This document shows, one piece after another, positions 34,232 through 34,768 of a stretch of 34,768 bases of DNA. The DNA is from Betaproteobacteria bacterium. GTDB lineage: Bacteria; Pseudomonadota; Gammaproteobacteria; Burkholderiales; SG8-41. The position numbers and the translations under genes were made by a program. Where the stretch lies: assembly GCA_029883965.1 (NCBI GenBank), contig JAOUIN010000001.1:1-34768 (forward strand), given 5' to 3'. How positions within the stretch are numbered: the first letter of the stretch is position 1; each line of letters starts with the position of its first letter. The notes under the pieces are model-generated. The model saw nothing but the letters and a program-made list of their open reading frames with translations. It made no database searches and was not told the origin of the DNA.

Positions 34232-34768
34232 TCAACGCCGACGTTGCCACCGCCCGCCGGGCAACAACTCGATCAGGCCTGCTAACTCCAGCCTCGTGAG
34301 CGCAGTATTGATGGCTGCAGTATCGTAGCCGCTGCGGTGTTGCAGCGTATCGATGTCGACGGGGTCGAACCCGACATGCTCTAGCAGCGGTTCAGCAATC
34401 CCGGCCGGTGAAACTACCGCCGAATCAGCCGGCTGCACGACATAACCCAGCTCTTCCAGGACGTCCTGTGCTGATTCGACCAGTTTCGCGCCCTGTTTGA
34501 TCAGGGCGTGGCAGCCCTTGGTCAAGGGTGAATGTATGGATCCGGGAATTGCGAAGACCTCCCGTCCCTGGTCGGCGGCGAGCCGGGCCGTAATCAGAGA
34601 GCCGCTGGACAACGCCGCTTCAACTACAAGACAACCTTTGGACAAGCCGCAGATCAACCGGTTGCGGCGCGGAAAATTGGCTGCAAGGGCCGGTGTACCC
34701 AGTGCGAATTCCGAGATCAACAAGCCCTGCTCGGCCAAACGATGTGCCAAATTCCGATTACGTGCCGG
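34232..34768 (-). CDS. dprA: DNA-protecting/processing protein DprA (Smf), 5' end off-window
   Basis: The frame is open to the window edge. The DprA Rossmann-like core reads FPRRNRLICGLSKGCLVVEAALSSGSLITARLAADQGREVFAIPGSIHSPLTKGCHALIKQGAKLV, followed by a C-terminal winged-helix-like domain. Confidence 0.9.
   Translation of the reverse strand, partial: PARNRNLAHRLAEQGLLISEFALGTPALAANFPRRNRLICGLSKGCLVVEAALSSGSLITARLAADQGREVFAIPGSIHSPLTKGCHALIKQGAKLVESAQDVLEELGYVVQPADSAVVSPAGIAEPLLEHVGFDPVDIDTLQHRSGYDTAAINTALTRLELAGLIELLPGGRWQRRR

Noticed and set aside
34119-34250. 44-codon N-terminal extension of the topoisomerase ORF, overlapping the dprA stop
   Set aside because: Type IA enzymes start a few residues before the Toprim strand (M-x-x-L-I-I-A-E-K-P-S). 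The extension has no homology-like features and would overlap dprA by 19 nt.

Overview
This window looks like the replication-origin neighbourhood of a fairly GC-rich proteobacterial chromosome. Gene content and order suggest a betaproteobacterium, but that is inference, not proof. Almost every base is covered by conserved housekeeping genes. In order they are: priA (5' partial), argS, a SPOR-domain protein, two tandem dsbA paralogs and an SDR oxidoreductase on the + strand. A long minus-strand block follows: glmS, glmU, glpD, the full F1Fo ATP synthase operon atpIBEFHAGDC, parB, parA, rsmG, mnmG, mnmE, yidC, rnpA and rpmH. Then dnaA, dnaN and gyrB run divergently on the + strand, followed by a topoisomerase III-like gene and dprA (5' partial) on the minus strand. 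I found no tRNA or rRNA genes, CRISPR arrays, transposases, integrases, phage genes, or defence or toxin-like cassettes. I cannot honestly point to a novel multi-gene system here. The long extra ORFs in the six-frame track are codon-aligned antisense shadows of real genes. The observations worth a second look are small-scale: (1) two near-perfect parS centromere sites in the mnmG-mnmE spacer; (2) a 25% GC stretch with DnaA-box-like 9-mers between dnaA and dnaN, my best oriC candidate, next to the coding-strand switch at rpmH/dnaA; (3) tandem dsbA paralogs sharing a 41/42-nt identical patch over the CPHC active site; (4) a strong intrinsic terminator after atpC only 10 nt from the glpD start codon; (5) a 10-bp GC-rich stem-loop overlapping the mnmE start codon; (6) no yidD between rnpA and yidC; (7) a TopB-type rather than TopA-type enzyme directly after dprA, with no smg. 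All functional calls rest on motifs I recognise in the translations. No database search was run.
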